From positions 3,353-67,352 of the forward strand of contig CAZETE010000004.1 of assembly GCA_964515075.1 (NCBI GenBank): a DNA stretch of 64,000 bases, given 5' to 3'. A program made the translations under genes and the position numbers. The stretch comes from an uncultured Actinomycetota bacterium (GTDB taxonomy: Bacteria > Actinomycetota > Geothermincolia > Geothermincolales > Geothermincolaceae). The stretch's first letter is position 1. Every line of letters starts with the position of its first letter. This document shows, one piece after another, positions 7,163 through 21,538 of the stretch. A model generated the notes under the pieces. It did no database searches and was not told the DNA's origin. It was given only the letters and a program-made list of their open reading frames with translations.

Positions 7163-8536
7163 TTGAAGCCCAGGAGCGTTTTCGTCTGCAGCGAGTGCGG
7201 CGGCTCGGCGGTGAAGTGGCTGGGCCGCTGCCCGGAGTGCGGCGAGTACGGCACCATGCAGGAGGAGCGGGCCGCGCCGCCCCCCGGCTCCCCTTCCGGC
7301 CGGGCCCCCCTGCGCTCCGTCCGGCGCGACCCCCTCCCCCTCTCCTCGCTGGAGGGCGGCGGGGAGGAGCGCCGCTCCACCGGCCTGGCCGAGCTCGACC
7401 GGGTGCTGGGCGGGGGCATGGTGCGGGGCTCGGTGGTGCTCGTGGGGGGCGAGCCGGGCATCGGCAAGTCCACCCTGCTGCTGCAGGCGGCCAGCCGGCT
7501 GGCCGGGGCGGGGCGGCGGGTGCTCCTGGTCAGCGGCGAGGAGTCCTGCGCCCAGGTCCGCATGCGGGCGGAGCGCCTGGACGCCGTCTCGCCCGACCTC
7601 TTCCTCTTCTGCGAGACCGGGCTGCCCGAGGTGGTGGAGGCCGTCGAGGGCATGCTGCCCGAGGTGGTGGTGGTCGACTCCATCCAGACCCTGGCCAGCC
7701 CGGAGGTCGCCTCCCCCCCCGGGGGGGTGAGCCAGCTGCGGGAGTGCGCCCTGCGCCTGCAGGCGCTGGCCAAGGAGCGGGGCGTCACCACCTTCCTGGT
7801 GGGCCACGTCACCAAGGACGGCTCGCTGGCCGGGCCGCGCGTGCTCGAGCACATGGTGGACACGGTCCTCTACTTCGAGGGCGAACGCCACGGCTCCGTG
7901 CGCATCCTGCGCGCCTCCAAGAACCGCTTCGGCTCCGTCTCCGAGGTGGGCGTGTTCGAGATGGGCGACTCCGGCCTGCGGGAGGTGGAGGACCCCTCCC
8001 TCCTCTTCAGCCGCCTGCGCCCGGAAGGGGTCTCGGGCGTCGCCCCGGTCATCGCCATGGAGGGCAGGCGCCCCCTGCTGGTGGAGGTGCAGGCGCTGGT
8101 CACCCCCACCTCCCTGCCGGTGCCCAAGCGGGTGGCCTCCGGACTGGACCAGCGGCGCTTCGCCCTCGACCTGGCGGTGCTGGAGAAGCGGGCCCGCCTG
8201 AGCTTCTTCGACCACGACGTCTTCTGCGGCACCGCCGGCGGGCTGCAGGTGGCGGAGCCCGCGTGCGACCTGGCCATCTGCCTGGCGGTGGCCTCCTCCC
8301 GGCTGGACGCGCCCCTGCCCGCGCACCTCGCCTGCTGCGGCGAGGTCAGCCTGGCCGGGGAGGTGCGCCCGGTCTCCCGCACGGAAGAGCGGGTGCGCGA
8401 GGCCCGGCGGCTCGGCTTCTCCGGGATGCTGGTCCCCGAGGCCGGGGAGGCTCCGGAGGGCGGGCGGGGGTTCAGGCTCGAGCGGGTGGGCGACATCCGC
8501 GCCGCCCTGCGCGCCTGCGGCCTGGGCGCCGATTGA
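7163..8536 (+). CDS. radA: DNA repair protein RadA/Sms
   Basis: A 457 aa ORF with an N-terminal zinc ribbon (CSECGGSAVKWLGRCPECGEY), a RecA-like ATPase with Walker A (GEPGIGKST) and a Lon-protease-like C-terminus. Confidence 0.93.
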   Translation: MKPRSVFVCSECGGSAVKWLGRCPECGEYGTMQEERAAPPPGSPSGRAPLRSVRRDPLPLSSLEGGGEERRSTGLAELDRVLGGGMVRGSVVLVGGEPGIGKSTLLLQAASRLAGAGRRVLLVSGEESCAQVRMRAERLDAVSPDLFLFCETGLPEVVEAVEGMLPEVVVVDSIQTLASPEVASPPGGVSQLRECALRLQALAKERGVTTFLVGHVTKDGSLAGPRVLEHMVDTVLYFEGERHGSVRILRASKNRFGSVSEVGVFEMGDSGLREVEDPSLLFSRLRPEGVSGVAPVIAMEGRRPLLVEVQALVTPTSLPVPKRVASGLDQRRFALDLAVLEKRARLSFFDHDVFCGTAGGLQVAEPACDLAICLAVASSRLDAPLPAHLACCGEVSLAGEVRPVSRTEERVREARRLGFSGMLVPEAGEAPEGGRGFRLERVGDIRAALRACGLGAD

Positions 8537-8568
8537 GCTTGCGCGCCCGCGCGGCGCGGCCCGGGGCT

Positions 8569-10083
8569 TCAGGTCTTCCAGCGGACGCCGTCGCGGCGGT
8601 CCTCGAGCTTGATGCCCTTCTCCTCCAGGCGCGCCCGGATGTAGTCGGCGGACTCCCAGTCCCGGGCGGCGCGGGCGCGGGAGCGCAGCTCCACCAGCAG
8701 GTCGATTAGCTCCTCCGCCGGCGGCAGGTGCGCGCGCCCCGGGCGGGCCGCGGGCTCCGCGGCCTCCCGGGCTTCCCCCTCCGCCGCCGCCAGCCCGTAA
8801 GCCCGCACGCCCGCCTCGTCCAGCGGCGAGAAGAGGCCGAACACCCGGCACAGCTTGAGCAGGACGTCCCTGCCCTGCCCGGCCATGATGGTCCCTGCCG
8901 GGGTGGCGAAGAGGGCCTGCTCGTCCAGGTAGGTGTTGAGCTCGCGCGCCAGCTCGAAGACGGCGCCCAGGGCGCGGGCGGTGTTGAAGTCGTCGTCCAT
9001 GGCTTCCTCGAAGCGCCTCTCCACCTCGAGCAGGAACCCGGTGAGCTCCACCTCCCGCTCGGAGCGCGCCGGGGCCGTGATGCCTTCACGGTCGAGGAAC
9101 TCGCCCAGCGCGAAGAGGCAGTTCTCCAGGCGCTCGTAGGCCCGCTTGGCCTCCTCCAGGGCCTCCGGGCCGAAGTCGATGGGGCTGCGGTAGTGGGTCT
9201 GCAGCACCAGCATGCGCAGCGCGTCGGGGGGATACTTCTCCACGATCTCGCGGACGGTGACGATGTTCCCCAGCGACTTGGACATCTTCTCGTCGGAGAT
9301 GTTGACGAAGCCGTTGTGCATCCAGTGGCGGACGAAGGGCGACGAGCCGGAGTAGGCCTCGCTCTGGGCGATCTCGTTCTCGTGGTGGGGGAAGATGAGG
9401 TCCTGGCCGCCCCCGTGGATGTCGAAGCCCATCCCCAGGTGCTCCAGGGACATGGTGGAGCACTCGATGTGCCAGCCGGGGCGCCCCCGGCCCCAGGGGG
9501 AGTCCCAGGAGGGCTCGCCCGGCTTGGCGCTCTTCCACAGGGCGAAGTCGGCGGGGTGGCGCTTGCGCTCGTCCACCTCCACCCGCTCCCCCGCCCGCAT
9601 GTCCTCCAGGGAGCGCTTGGACAGCTTTCCGTACTGCGGGAAGGACTCCACCGAGAAGTAGACGTCCCCGTCCACCTCGTAGGCGTGCCCCTTCCCCACA
9701 AGGGCCGCGATCATCTCCGCCATCTTCTCCACGTAGGCGGTGGCGCGGGGGGTGACGTCGGGCGGCAGGACGTTCAAGGAGACCATGTCCCGCTTGAACT
9801 CCTCCTCGTAGCGGCGGGCCAGCTCCTCCGGGGTGGTGCCCTCCTCCGCGGCGCGGTTGATGATCTTGTCGTCCACGTCGGTGAAGTTCTGCACGTGGGT
9901 CACGGCGTACCCCCTGTGCAGCAGGTAGCGCTTGATGACGTCGAAGGTGAGGTAGGCCCGCCCGTTGCCCGCGTGGATGTAGTTGTAGACGGTGGGGCCG
10001 CAGACGTACATGCCGATGCGGCCCTCCTCCCGCGGCCGGAGCTCTTCCTTGCGGCCGGTCATGGTGTTGTAGGCCTTGATCAC
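8569..10083 (-). CDS. cysS: cysteine--tRNA ligase
   Basis: A 504 aa ORF ([40 protein letters not shown]...) with the KMSKS motif. Confidence 0.93.
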   Translation of the reverse strand: MIKAYNTMTGRKEELRPREEGRIGMYVCGPTVYNYIHAGNGRAYLTFDVIKRYLLHRGYAVTHVQNFTDVDDKIINRAAEEGTTPEELARRYEEEFKRDMVSLNVLPPDVTPRATAYVEKMAEMIAALVGKGHAYEVDGDVYFSVESFPQYGKLSKRSLEDMRAGERVEVDERKRHPADFALWKSAKPGEPSWDSPWGRGRPGWHIECSTMSLEHLGMGFDIHGGGQDLIFPHHENEIAQSEAYSGSSPFVRHWMHNGFVNISDEKMSKSLGNIVTVREIVEKYPPDALRMLVLQTHYRSPIDFGPEALEEAKRAYERLENCLFALGEFLDREGITAPARSEREVELTGFLLEVERRFEEAMDDDFNTARALGAVFELARELNTYLDEQALFATPAGTIMAGQGRDVLLKLCRVFGLFSPLDEAGVRAYGLAAAEGEAREAAEPAARPGRAHLPPAEELIDLLVELRSRARAARDWESADYIRARLEEKGIKLEDRRDGVRWKT

Positions 10084-10862
10084 GGGGCCTCCTCCTCGAC
10101 CAGCCTGACCTCGGCCAGCTTCAACCCGTCCTCGGTCCGCCTGAGGCCGGCCTCGGCGTGGGAGAGCTCCTCCTCGGCCCTGCGCAGCTCCCCCTCGGTG
10201 CGCTCCAGCTCGTCACGGGTGCGCGCCAGCTCCTCCTGGGTCTCGATGAGGTGCTCCTCCAGGCTCCCGAGCCGCCGGTTGAAGCGCTCGAACATCTCCT
10301 GCACGGGGTCGGGGATGTTCTCGTGATGCAGGTCCACCACCCGCTTGCCGGCGCGGGCCACCAGCCGCCCGGGGACGCCCACCACGGTGCAGTCGGGGGG
10401 CACGTCCCGGACCACCACCGCGCCCGCGCCCACCCGGGCGCCGTCGCCGACGGTGATGGGCCCGAGCACCTTGGCCCCGGCGGCGATGACCACGTCCCGG
10501 CCGATGGTGGGGTGGCGCTTGCCCTTATCCTTGCCGGTGCCCCCCAGGGTCACGCCCTGGTAGAGGGTGGCCCCCTCGCCGACCTCGGCGGTCTCGCCGA
10601 TGACCACCCCCATGCCGTGGTCGATGAAGACGTTGCGGGCGATGCGCGCCCCGGGGTGGATCTCGATGCCGGTGACCAGCCGGTTGAAGTGGGAGAGCAG
10701 GCGGGGCAGCACCGGTATGCCCGCCCGCCACATGGCGTGGGCGAAGCGGTGCATCCACAGGGCGTGCAGGCCGGGGTAGGCCAGCATGATCTCGACGACG
10801 TTGGCGGCCGCCGGGTCGCGCTCGCGCACCGCCCCGATGTCGCTCCTCAAGAGGTCGAACAT
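10080..10862 (-). CDS. cysE: serine O-acetyltransferase with an unusual ~75-aa coiled-coil C-terminal extension
   Basis: The hexapeptide-repeat acyltransferase core is present (..[38 protein letters not shown]..). The C-terminal tail ...[55 protein letters not shown] is predicted coiled-coil. The gene overlaps the cysS start by 4 nt. Confidence 0.85.
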   Translation of the reverse strand: MFDLLRSDIGAVRERDPAAANVVEIMLAYPGLHALWMHRFAHAMWRAGIPVLPRLLSHFNRLVTGIEIHPGARIARNVFIDHGMGVVIGETAEVGEGATLYQGVTLGGTGKDKGKRHPTIGRDVVIAAGAKVLGPITVGDGARVGAGAVVVRDVPPDCTVVGVPGRLVARAGKRVVDLHHENIPDPVQEMFERFNRRLGSLEEHLIETQEELARTRDELERTEGELRRAEEELSHAEAGLRRTEDGLKLAEVRLVEEEAP

Positions 10863-10895
10863 GGCATCAGGCCTTCCTAAAAAGGGGGCTGGGGC

Positions 10896-13373
<2,478 letters not shown>

Positions 13374-13597
13374 TGCTTATCGACCTCCAGTCCTTACGTT
13401 TCGTTCAGAAGATTATATACCATCCATGCCATCTTCCGCCTTCGCTTCCCCCCCGGGCCCTCCCGTGCCGGCGCCCTGGGCGCTTCGTCCGTCCTCCCTA
13501 TATGGTGTTATCCCCACAACCGGGTTATTTATGCAGGGCCCGGCCCTCCCCGGCGGCGGCCGCAAAGCGGCGATGGAGGGGTGGTGTCCGGCGCCGT

Positions 13598-15100
<1,503 letters not shown>

Positions 15101-15107
15101 GGGCCGC

Positions 15108-15614
15108 CTAACTCTCGATCCGCAGGATTTCGTAGCGGATGTTGCCGGCGGGGGTGGGGACCTCCACCGTCTCCCCCTCCCGGCGGCCCATGATGGCCTT
15201 GCCCACGGGGCTCTGGTCGGAGATGCTGTTGCGGCTGCCGCGGGCCTCCGCCGAGCTGACCACGCGGAAGGCGCTCTCCTCGTTCATCTCCAGGTCCAGC
15301 AGGACCACGGTCACCCCCAGGCCGACCTCCCCCTCCGGGATGTCGTCTTCCTTGATGATGCGGGCGTTGTCCAGGACGCGCTCGATGTCGTGGATGCGCC
15401 CGGCCACGAAGGCCTGCTCGTGCTTGGCGTCCTCGTACTCGGAGTTCTCGGTTATATCCCCGTGGGAGCGGGCCTGCTCGAGCCGGCGGGCCACCTCCCA
15501 GCGCCTGACGTTCTTGAGGTGGTCCAGCTCCTCCACCAGCTTGGCGTGCCCCTCCCGGGTGAGGATGACGTCGTCCGGCCTCTCTTCCCGGTACTCCTGC
15601 TCCGTCCCCTTCAT
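15108..15614 (-). CDS. greA: transcription elongation factor GreA
   Basis: A GreA N-terminal coiled coil and C-terminal FKBP-like domain (...GDITENSEYEDAKHEQAFVAGRI...). The start is taken at MKGTEQEY. Confidence 0.85.
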   Translation of the reverse strand: MKGTEQEYREERPDDVILTREGHAKLVEELDHLKNVRRWEVARRLEQARSHGDITENSEYEDAKHEQAFVAGRIHDIERVLDNARIIKEDDIPEGEVGLGVTVVLLDLEMNEESAFRVVSSAEARGSRNSISDQSPVGKAIMGRREGETVEVPTPAGNIRYEILRIES

Positions 15615-15645
15615 GATCTCCCGTCTTTCTCCCAACAACAACAAC

Positions 15646-15666
15646 ATCCACGCGGCGTGTGGATGT
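15646..15666. promoter_or_regulatory. 7-bp inverted repeat CATCCAC-N7-GTGGATG in the greA/acd divergent intergenic region
   Basis: A palindrome 32 nt upstream of the greA start codon. It is a possible operator. Confidence 0.2.
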
Positions 15667-15843
15667 AGCCAACATTCTAACGCCTCCCGGGGCGGTTCGC
15701 AAATCGCCGTGCCCCGCCCGGCCGCCCCGGCCCCCGGCGCCGGCGCTTCCCGGGCACGCCTTTTGCGGATGCAGGGGATATAATATACTCGTCCTCGTCA
15801 GAGGATCGATCACGTAGTCGGAGCAGCCGTCGAAGGAGCAGGC

Positions 15844-17934
15844 GTGAGGAAGTTCTTCCAACCGAGGTCGGTGGCGGTCATCGGGGCGTCGGACAAGCCC
15901 GGCAAGGTCGGGCGGGTGGTGCTGGAGAGCCTGGTCAACTCGGGGTTCCCGGGCGAGATAGTGCCGGTGAACCCCAACGACCCGCAGATCATGGGCTTTA
16001 AGTCCTACCCCGCGGTCTCGGACATCCCCTACGTGCCCGACCTGGCCATGATCATCGTGCCGGCCAGGCTGGTCCCCGGCGTGCTGGAGGAGTGCGGCGC
16101 CAAGGGCATCGAGGCGGCGGTGATCATCTCGGCCGGCTTCAAGGAGGCGGGCAAGGAGGGCTACCGGCTGGAGCGGCAGCTGGCGGAGGTGGCCGCGAAG
16201 TACCCCATGCGGGTGCTCGGCCCCAACTGCCTGGGCCTGGCCGACACCTCCACCCCCATCAACGCCACCTTCGCCAGCATCTACCCCCTCACCGGGCGGC
16301 TGGCCTTCTTCTCGCAGTCGGGAGCGCTGTGCACGGCGGCCCTGGGCTGGTCGCAGGAGATCGGGCTGGGCTTCTCCAAGTTCGTCTCCATCGGCAACAA
16401 GATGGACATCGACGAGGTGGACCTGCTCAAGGCCCTGGAGGACGACTGGCACTCGGCGGTCATCGCCGGGTACCTGGAAGGCATCAACCGGGGCGAGGAG
16501 TTCCTCCGCCTGGCCGGAGAGGTCACCCGCAAGAAGCCGGTGATCATCTTCAAGGCCGGCACCACCCAGGCGGGGGCCAAGGCGGTGTCCTCGCACACCG
16601 GCACCCTGGCCGGCTCGGAGAACGCCTACATCGCCTCCTTCAAGCGCACCGGGGTCATCCGCGCGGAGACCATGGAGGACCTCTTCCAGGTCTGCCGGGG
16701 CTTCTCCCAGCAGCCGGTCCCCGCCGGCCGCGGCGTGGTCATCGTGACCAACGCGGGCGGCCCGGGCATCATCACCGCCGACGCCCTGGAGCACGAGGAG
16801 CTCAACCTGGCCGGGCTGGAGGCCTCGACCATCGAGTCCCTGAGGCGGTGCCTGCCGCCCGCCGCCGCCGTCTACAACCCGGTGGACGTCCTGGGGGACG
16901 CCCTGGCCGAGCGCTACCGGGACGCCTTGGAGATCCTGATGCTCGACCGCAACGTCGACAGCGTCGTGGTCATCCTCACCCCGCAGGCCATGACCCAGAT
17001 CCCCGAGACCGCCCAGGCCGTGGCCGAGGCCTGCGCCGGCAAAGGCAAGAGCATCTTCACGGTGTTCATGGGGGGCTCGGAGATCGAGCCGGCGGAGAAG
17101 ATCCTCTACGCCGCGGGCATCCCCAACTACCGCTTTCCCGAGGTGGCGGTGCGCACCATCAAGGCCATGGTGGACTACCGCGAGTACCTGGACCGGCCGC
17201 CCGACGAGTTCCGGCGGTTCCCGGCGGACCGGGAGGCGGTCCGGGAGGTCCTGGACCAGGTGAGGGCGGAGGGCCGCTACCAGCTGGGCGAGGTGGAGGC
17301 CAGCGAGGTCTTCCGCCATTACGGCATCCCGGTGGCCAGGACCATCCTCGGCACCAACCTCTTCGAGTGCATCGAGGCGGGCCGGGAGATCGGCTACCCG
17401 GTGGTGGCCAAGATCGCCTCCCCCCAGATCCTGCACAAGACCGACGTGGGCGGGGTCAAGGTGGGCCTGGAGAACACCGACGACCTCATCTCCGCCTACG
17501 AGGAGATCACCGCCAACGCCCGGCGGCTGATGCCCGAGGCCCAGATCTGGGGGGTGGTGGTGCAGGAGATGCTCAAGCCCTCCAAGGAACTGATCGTGGG
17601 CGTCAACCGCGACCCCCAGTTCGGGCCGCTGATCATGGTGGGCCTGGGCGGCATCTACGTCGAGGTCATCAAGGACATCAGCTTCCGCCTGGCGCCGGTG
17701 GGGGAGCGGGAGGCCACGGAGATGATCAGGGAGCTCAAGTCCTACTGGCTGCTCCGCGGGGCCCGGGGCGAGACGCCCGCGGACATCGGCAAGCTGGCGG
17801 AGGTCATCCAGCGCATCTCCCAGCTGGTCACCGACTTCCCCGACATCCAGGAGCTGGACATAAACCCCTTGAGGGTCTTCGACAAGGGCCAAGGCTGCAC
17901 GGCGGCCGACGCCAGGATGATCATAGGAGAGTGA
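15844..17934 (+). CDS. ADP-forming acetyl/acyl-CoA synthetase (NDP-forming), fused alpha-beta type
   Basis: A 696 aa ORF starting at GTG. It has a CoA-binding and succinyl-CoA-synthetase-like alpha part plus a C-terminal ATP-grasp beta domain (..YPVVAKIASPQILHKTDVGGVKVGL..). Confidence 0.85.
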   Translation: MRKFFQPRSVAVIGASDKPGKVGRVVLESLVNSGFPGEIVPVNPNDPQIMGFKSYPAVSDIPYVPDLAMIIVPARLVPGVLEECGAKGIEAAVIISAGFKEAGKEGYRLERQLAEVAAKYPMRVLGPNCLGLADTSTPINATFASIYPLTGRLAFFSQSGALCTAALGWSQEIGLGFSKFVSIGNKMDIDEVDLLKALEDDWHSAVIAGYLEGINRGEEFLRLAGEVTRKKPVIIFKAGTTQAGAKAVSSHTGTLAGSENAYIASFKRTGVIRAETMEDLFQVCRGFSQQPVPAGRGVVIVTNAGGPGIITADALEHEELNLAGLEASTIESLRRCLPPAAAVYNPVDVLGDALAERYRDALEILMLDRNVDSVVVILTPQAMTQIPETAQAVAEACAGKGKSIFTVFMGGSEIEPAEKILYAAGIPNYRFPEVAVRTIKAMVDYREYLDRPPDEFRRFPADREAVREVLDQVRAEGRYQLGEVEASEVFRHYGIPVARTILGTNLFECIEAGREIGYPVVAKIASPQILHKTDVGGVKVGLENTDDLISAYEEITANARRLMPEAQIWGVVVQEMLKPSKELIVGVNRDPQFGPLIMVGLGGIYVEVIKDISFRLAPVGEREATEMIRELKSYWLLRGARGETPADIGKLAEVIQRISQLVTDFPDIQELDINPLRVFDKGQGCTAADARMIIGE

Positions 17935-17941
17935 TAGGGTC

Positions 17942-19009
17942 ATGAAAGCCATCTACCTCATATCGGAGCAGGGTTTCTCGGGCCTGCACACCATGGCCCT
18001 GGGCCTGTGCCAGCGCCTGCAGCAGGACGGGCACAAGGTGGGGTTCATCAAGCCGCTGGGCAACCTCTACCTGAAGGAGGGGGACCGGGTCACCGACGCC
18101 GATGCCTCCTTCCTGGTGGGGACGCTCGGGCTGGAGGAGGAGGTCAGGGACGCCTGCCCGGTCGTCCTCACCCCGCAGCTGACCAACAACGCCCTGGTGG
18201 GGGAGGGGCAGGACTGGCGCAAGGCGGTGCAGCGGGCCTTCGCCCGCGTGGCTGAGGGCAAGGACGTGGTGGTGGTGCAGGGCTCCATGTCGGCCAGGCA
18301 GGGTACCCTGCTGGGCATCTCCGCCTACCAGCTGGCCCGCGAGCTCGATGCCCGCGTCCTGATGGTGGAGAGGCTCAACGAGGCCATGGTCGCCGACAAC
18401 GTGCTGCACGCCCGGAGCATCCTGGGCGAGTCGTTGATCGGGGTCATCTTCAACATGGTCTCGCCGGGGCGGCAGTCCTTCGCCCAGGACATACTGGCCT
18501 CATACTTCGAGAACACGGCGAAGCTGCCGGTGCTGGGGCTGGTGCCGGAGGACCGCCTGCTCAGGTCCATCAGCATCCGCGAGCTGGCCGCCAACCTGCA
18601 CGGCGAGGTGCTCAGCGGCGAGGAAGCCCTGGACAACCTGGTGGAGGGGGTCATCGTGGGGGCCATGGGGCCGGAGCACGCCATATCCTTCTTCCGCAAG
18701 CGCCGGGGGGAGTGCGTGGTGACCGGCGGAGACCGCTCGGACATCCAGCTGGCGGCCCTGGAGGCCAACGTACCCTGCCTGGTCCTTTCGGGCCACCTCT
18801 ATCCCTCGCCCATCATCCTGGGCAAGGCGGACGAGATGGGGGTGCCGGTGATCCTGGTCAACGACGACACCTTGACCGCGGCCGAGAAGGCCGACATGGT
18901 CATCAAGACGGCCCGCTCCCGCGAGCCCAAGAAGCTGGAGCGCCTCAACGAACTGCTGGACATGTACCTGGACCTGGACCGGCTCTACCGCCTGGCGGGC
19001 CTGGCCTAG
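17942..19009 (+). CDS. phosphotransacetylase-N-terminal-like protein (P-loop/DRTGG domain protein)
   Basis: A 355 aa ORF resembling the N-terminal regulatory region of bacterial Pta (the DRTGG domain). It starts 8 nt after the acyl-CoA synthetase gene. Confidence 0.65.
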   Translation: MKAIYLISEQGFSGLHTMALGLCQRLQQDGHKVGFIKPLGNLYLKEGDRVTDADASFLVGTLGLEEEVRDACPVVLTPQLTNNALVGEGQDWRKAVQRAFARVAEGKDVVVVQGSMSARQGTLLGISAYQLARELDARVLMVERLNEAMVADNVLHARSILGESLIGVIFNMVSPGRQSFAQDILASYFENTAKLPVLGLVPEDRLLRSISIRELAANLHGEVLSGEEALDNLVEGVIVGAMGPEHAISFFRKRRGECVVTGGDRSDIQLAALEANVPCLVLSGHLYPSPIILGKADEMGVPVILVNDDTLTAAEKADMVIKTARSREPKKLERLNELLDMYLDLDRLYRLAGLA

Positions 19010-19019
19010 GCGGGCCGGC

Positions 19020-20117
19020 TCAGCCGTCGAGGGCGCGGAGCAGGGGATAGGGGTTGACCGCCGCCCCGCCGCCGGGGTGGTACTCGAAGTGGAGGTGGGG
19101 GCAGCCCCGGGCGTTGCCGGTGTCGCCCACGTAGCCGATGACCGTTCCGGCGGCCACGCGGCCGGAGGCCGCGAACGACTGCAGGTGCATGTACCAGAAG
19201 ACGTCGCCGTTGTCCGCCCGCAGGAAGACGTAGTTGCCGGGGTTGCCCCCGGAGTGCTGCGTCACCGTCCCGCTGGTGATGGCCACGCAGGGCACCCCGT
19301 AGTTGGCCATGATGTCGTTGCCCTTGTGGACGCGGCCCACCCGGCGCGGGGCGCCCCAGTCGTTGGTGAAGCTGTGGGGGCCCGCCACCGGGAAGTACAT
19401 GCCGTTCACCGGGCCCACCGTCCAGTAGCCGCCGCCGCTCCCGCCGCCGCTCCCGCCGCCGCCGGCCGCCACCTGCCGGGAGACCAGGGCCGATATCTCC
19501 GAGTCCAGGCCGGAGAGGATGGACTGCTGCTGCGCCAGCCTGGACTGGATGGCCGCCCGCTGCGAGGCCTGGGAGGCGGCCTGGGCCTCGTAGCGGGCCC
19601 GGGAGCTCTCCAGGCCGGCGCGCCTCTCCCGTATGCGGGCGGCGGCGGAGCGGGTGGCGTCGATCATGCCCGCGTCGTAACCGCCGATCATGCGCATGTA
19701 GTCGTAGGAGTTGAGGAAGTCGCCGAAGGAGGCCGAGTCCAGCATGACCTCCAGGGAGGACGAGTTGCCCTCCATGTACATGGCCTTGACGCGCCGGCTG
19801 AGGATGCCCTGGTAGCGCTCCAGCTCCGCTTGGGCCGCCTCCAGCTCCGCCTGGTTGCGGGAGATGTCGGCCTCCAGGGCCGCCAGCTGGGACGCGGTCT
19901 GGTTGAGCATGACCGTGAGCCGGTCGAGCTCGGCCTGGTTGGCCTGCAGCTCCTGCTTGACCTGCCTGGCCCTCTCCTGCTTCTCGCTCAGGGAGTCCCC
20001 GCGGGCGGCGCCCGGGGGCAGGAGGACGAGCGCGGACGCCAGCAGGAAGCAGAGCGCCACCTCCGCCGCGCGGCGCCCGGGCCCGCCGGCGCGCCTGCCC
20101 CTGCCGCTCACCTTGAC
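19020..20117 (-). CDS. secreted coiled-coil M23 family metallopeptidase (EnvC-like)
   Basis: A signal peptide, a long coiled coil, a Gly/Ser linker and the M23 motifs (HKGNDI..., ..CPHLHFEYH). I infer the start (GTG near 20117) from the position of the signal peptide. Confidence 0.7.
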   Translation of the reverse strand, partial: VKVSGRGRRAGGPGRRAAEVALCFLLASALVLLPPGAARGDSLSEKQERARQVKQELQANQAELDRLTVMLNQTASQLAALEADISRNQAELEAAQAELERYQGILSRRVKAMYMEGNSSSLEVMLDSASFGDFLNSYDYMRMIGGYDAGMIDATRSAAARIRERRAGLESSRARYEAQAASQASQRAAIQSRLAQQQSILSGLDSEISALVSRQVAAGGGGSGGGSGGGYWTVGPVNGMYFPVAGPHSFTNDWGAPRRVGRVHKGNDIMANYGVPCVAITSGTVTQHSGGNPGNYVFLRADNGDVFWYMHLQSFAASGRVAAGTVIGYVGDTGNARGCPHLHFEYHPGGGAAVNPYPLLRALDG

Positions 20118-20236
20118 GTCGGTCTCCGCCTTCGCCCGCACGGATCTCCTCTCTTTAGCGCGAAAAGTCCTCACATCTTGTAAAATTGTAGGATAAGCCA
20201 TTAGAAAAGGTCAAATCCCCGTGCTATAGTCGGGCT

Positions 20237-20890
20237 ATGGCCTTAGTCGTAGACGTCGAGAGGGAAGGGGTCTCCGCCGCCGCCCGCCGGGCGGCGGCGG
20301 CGCTCGAGGGCGGGGGGCTGGCGGTGCTCCCCACCGACACCGTCTACGGCCTGGCCGCCTCGGTCCACCGGCCGGAAGCGCTGCGGCGCATCTTCGCAGC
20401 CAAGGGGCGGCAGGGGGATAAATCCCTGGTGGTCATGGTCGCCAACGCCGGTGAAGCCGAGGGCCTGGCGGCGGAGGAGGAGCGCGGGTCCCTGAAGCGG
20501 CTGGCCCGCTTCTGGCCGGGCAGGCTGACCGTCGTCATCAGGCGCGGCGCGGCCGCCTGGATGGAGGGGGCGGCGCCGGGAAGGGACTCCTTAGGGCTGC
20601 GCGTGCCCGACCACCCCCTGGCCCTGGCGGTGCTGGCCCTCACCGGGCCCCTGGCGGTCACCAGCGCCAACCGCAGCGGGGGGGAGGCCCCGGTCTCCTT
20701 CGCCGACGTCCCGGCGAGCATCCTGGAGGCGGCGGACGTCGCCTGTTTCTCCCGCCACCCGGGGGAAGGGACTCCCTCCACCGTGGTGGAGGCCGGGGCC
20801 TCGGGGCTTAAGATCCTCCGCCAGGGCGCCATCACCCTCCCCGAGCTGGAGAAGGCCTGGCGCGGGGAGGCCCCGGACCGGCCCGCCTGA
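20237..20890 (+). CDS. tsaC: L-threonylcarbamoyladenylate synthase (YrdC/YwlC/TsaC family)
   Basis: A 217 aa ORF (..LAVLPTDTVYGLAASV.., ..TSANRSG..). Confidence 0.8.
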   Translation: MALVVDVEREGVSAAARRAAAALEGGGLAVLPTDTVYGLAASVHRPEALRRIFAAKGRQGDKSLVVMVANAGEAEGLAAEEERGSLKRLARFWPGRLTVVIRRGAAAWMEGAAPGRDSLGLRVPDHPLALAVLALTGPLAVTSANRSGGEAPVSFADVPASILEAADVACFSRHPGEGTPSTVVEAGASGLKILRQGAITLPELEKAWRGEAPDRPA

Positions 20891-20929
20891 AACCGCTGCC
20901 GCTTATATGCTAAACTCTCCTGGATCATC

Positions 20930-21538
20930 ATGATGAATGTACTCTTCGTCTGCACGGGAAACATCTGCCGCAGCCCCATGGCCGAGGCCATCTTCGAAGA
21001 CCGGCTGGTCAAGGGCTACCCTCACCTCTTCCCCCTGGTGAGGGCGGACTCGGCCGGCACCGCGGCCATCGACGGCAACCTGGTGACCGAGACGGCCGTA
21101 CAGGCCATGGACCTGTGGGGCATCGACTTGAGCCGCCACCGCGCCCGCTTCCTCGACTCCCGCCTGGCCCGCGAATCCGACCTCATCGTCACCATGGCCA
21201 GGGAACACCTGCTGGCCATAGAGCGGATGGGGAAGGAGCATCACGACAAGGCCCACACCCTCAAGTACCTCTCCTCGCGCAGGAAGGAGGCGCTGGCGCG
21301 GTTGGGAGACGCCCCCGTCCTGGACGAGGGCGAGCTGGGCGGGCGGCTGCTGGCGCTCAGGGCCCTGCTGGAGGAGGAGAGGCGGAGCGGGGGGCGGGAC
21401 ATGGAGATGATGTCCTCTGATATAATTGACCCCATCGGCGGCAGCCTCGAGACCTACCTGACGGTGGCCGAGGACATCTCCGCCGGCCTGGAGGAGTTGA
21501 TGCTGGTGCTGTTCGGACTGCCGGAGGTGGGGAGATGA
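20930..21538 (+). CDS. low-molecular-weight protein Tyr/Arg phosphatase (YwlE-like)
   Basis: It carries the CTGNICRSP P-loop at the N-terminus. Its position after tsaC and before rpiB matches the B. subtilis ywlC-ywlE-ywlF arrangement. Confidence 0.8.
   Translation: MMNVLFVCTGNICRSPMAEAIFEDRLVKGYPHLFPLVRADSAGTAAIDGNLVTETAVQAMDLWGIDLSRHRARFLDSRLARESDLIVTMAREHLLAIERMGKEHHDKAHTLKYLSSRRKEALARLGDAPVLDEGELGGRLLALRALLEEERRSGGRDMEMMSSDIIDPIGGSLETYLTVAEDISAGLEELMLVLFGLPEVGR

Noticed and set aside
8728-10326. 532-aa plus ORF antisense to cysS/cysE
   Set aside because: No homology signal. The cysS and cysE frames are unambiguous.
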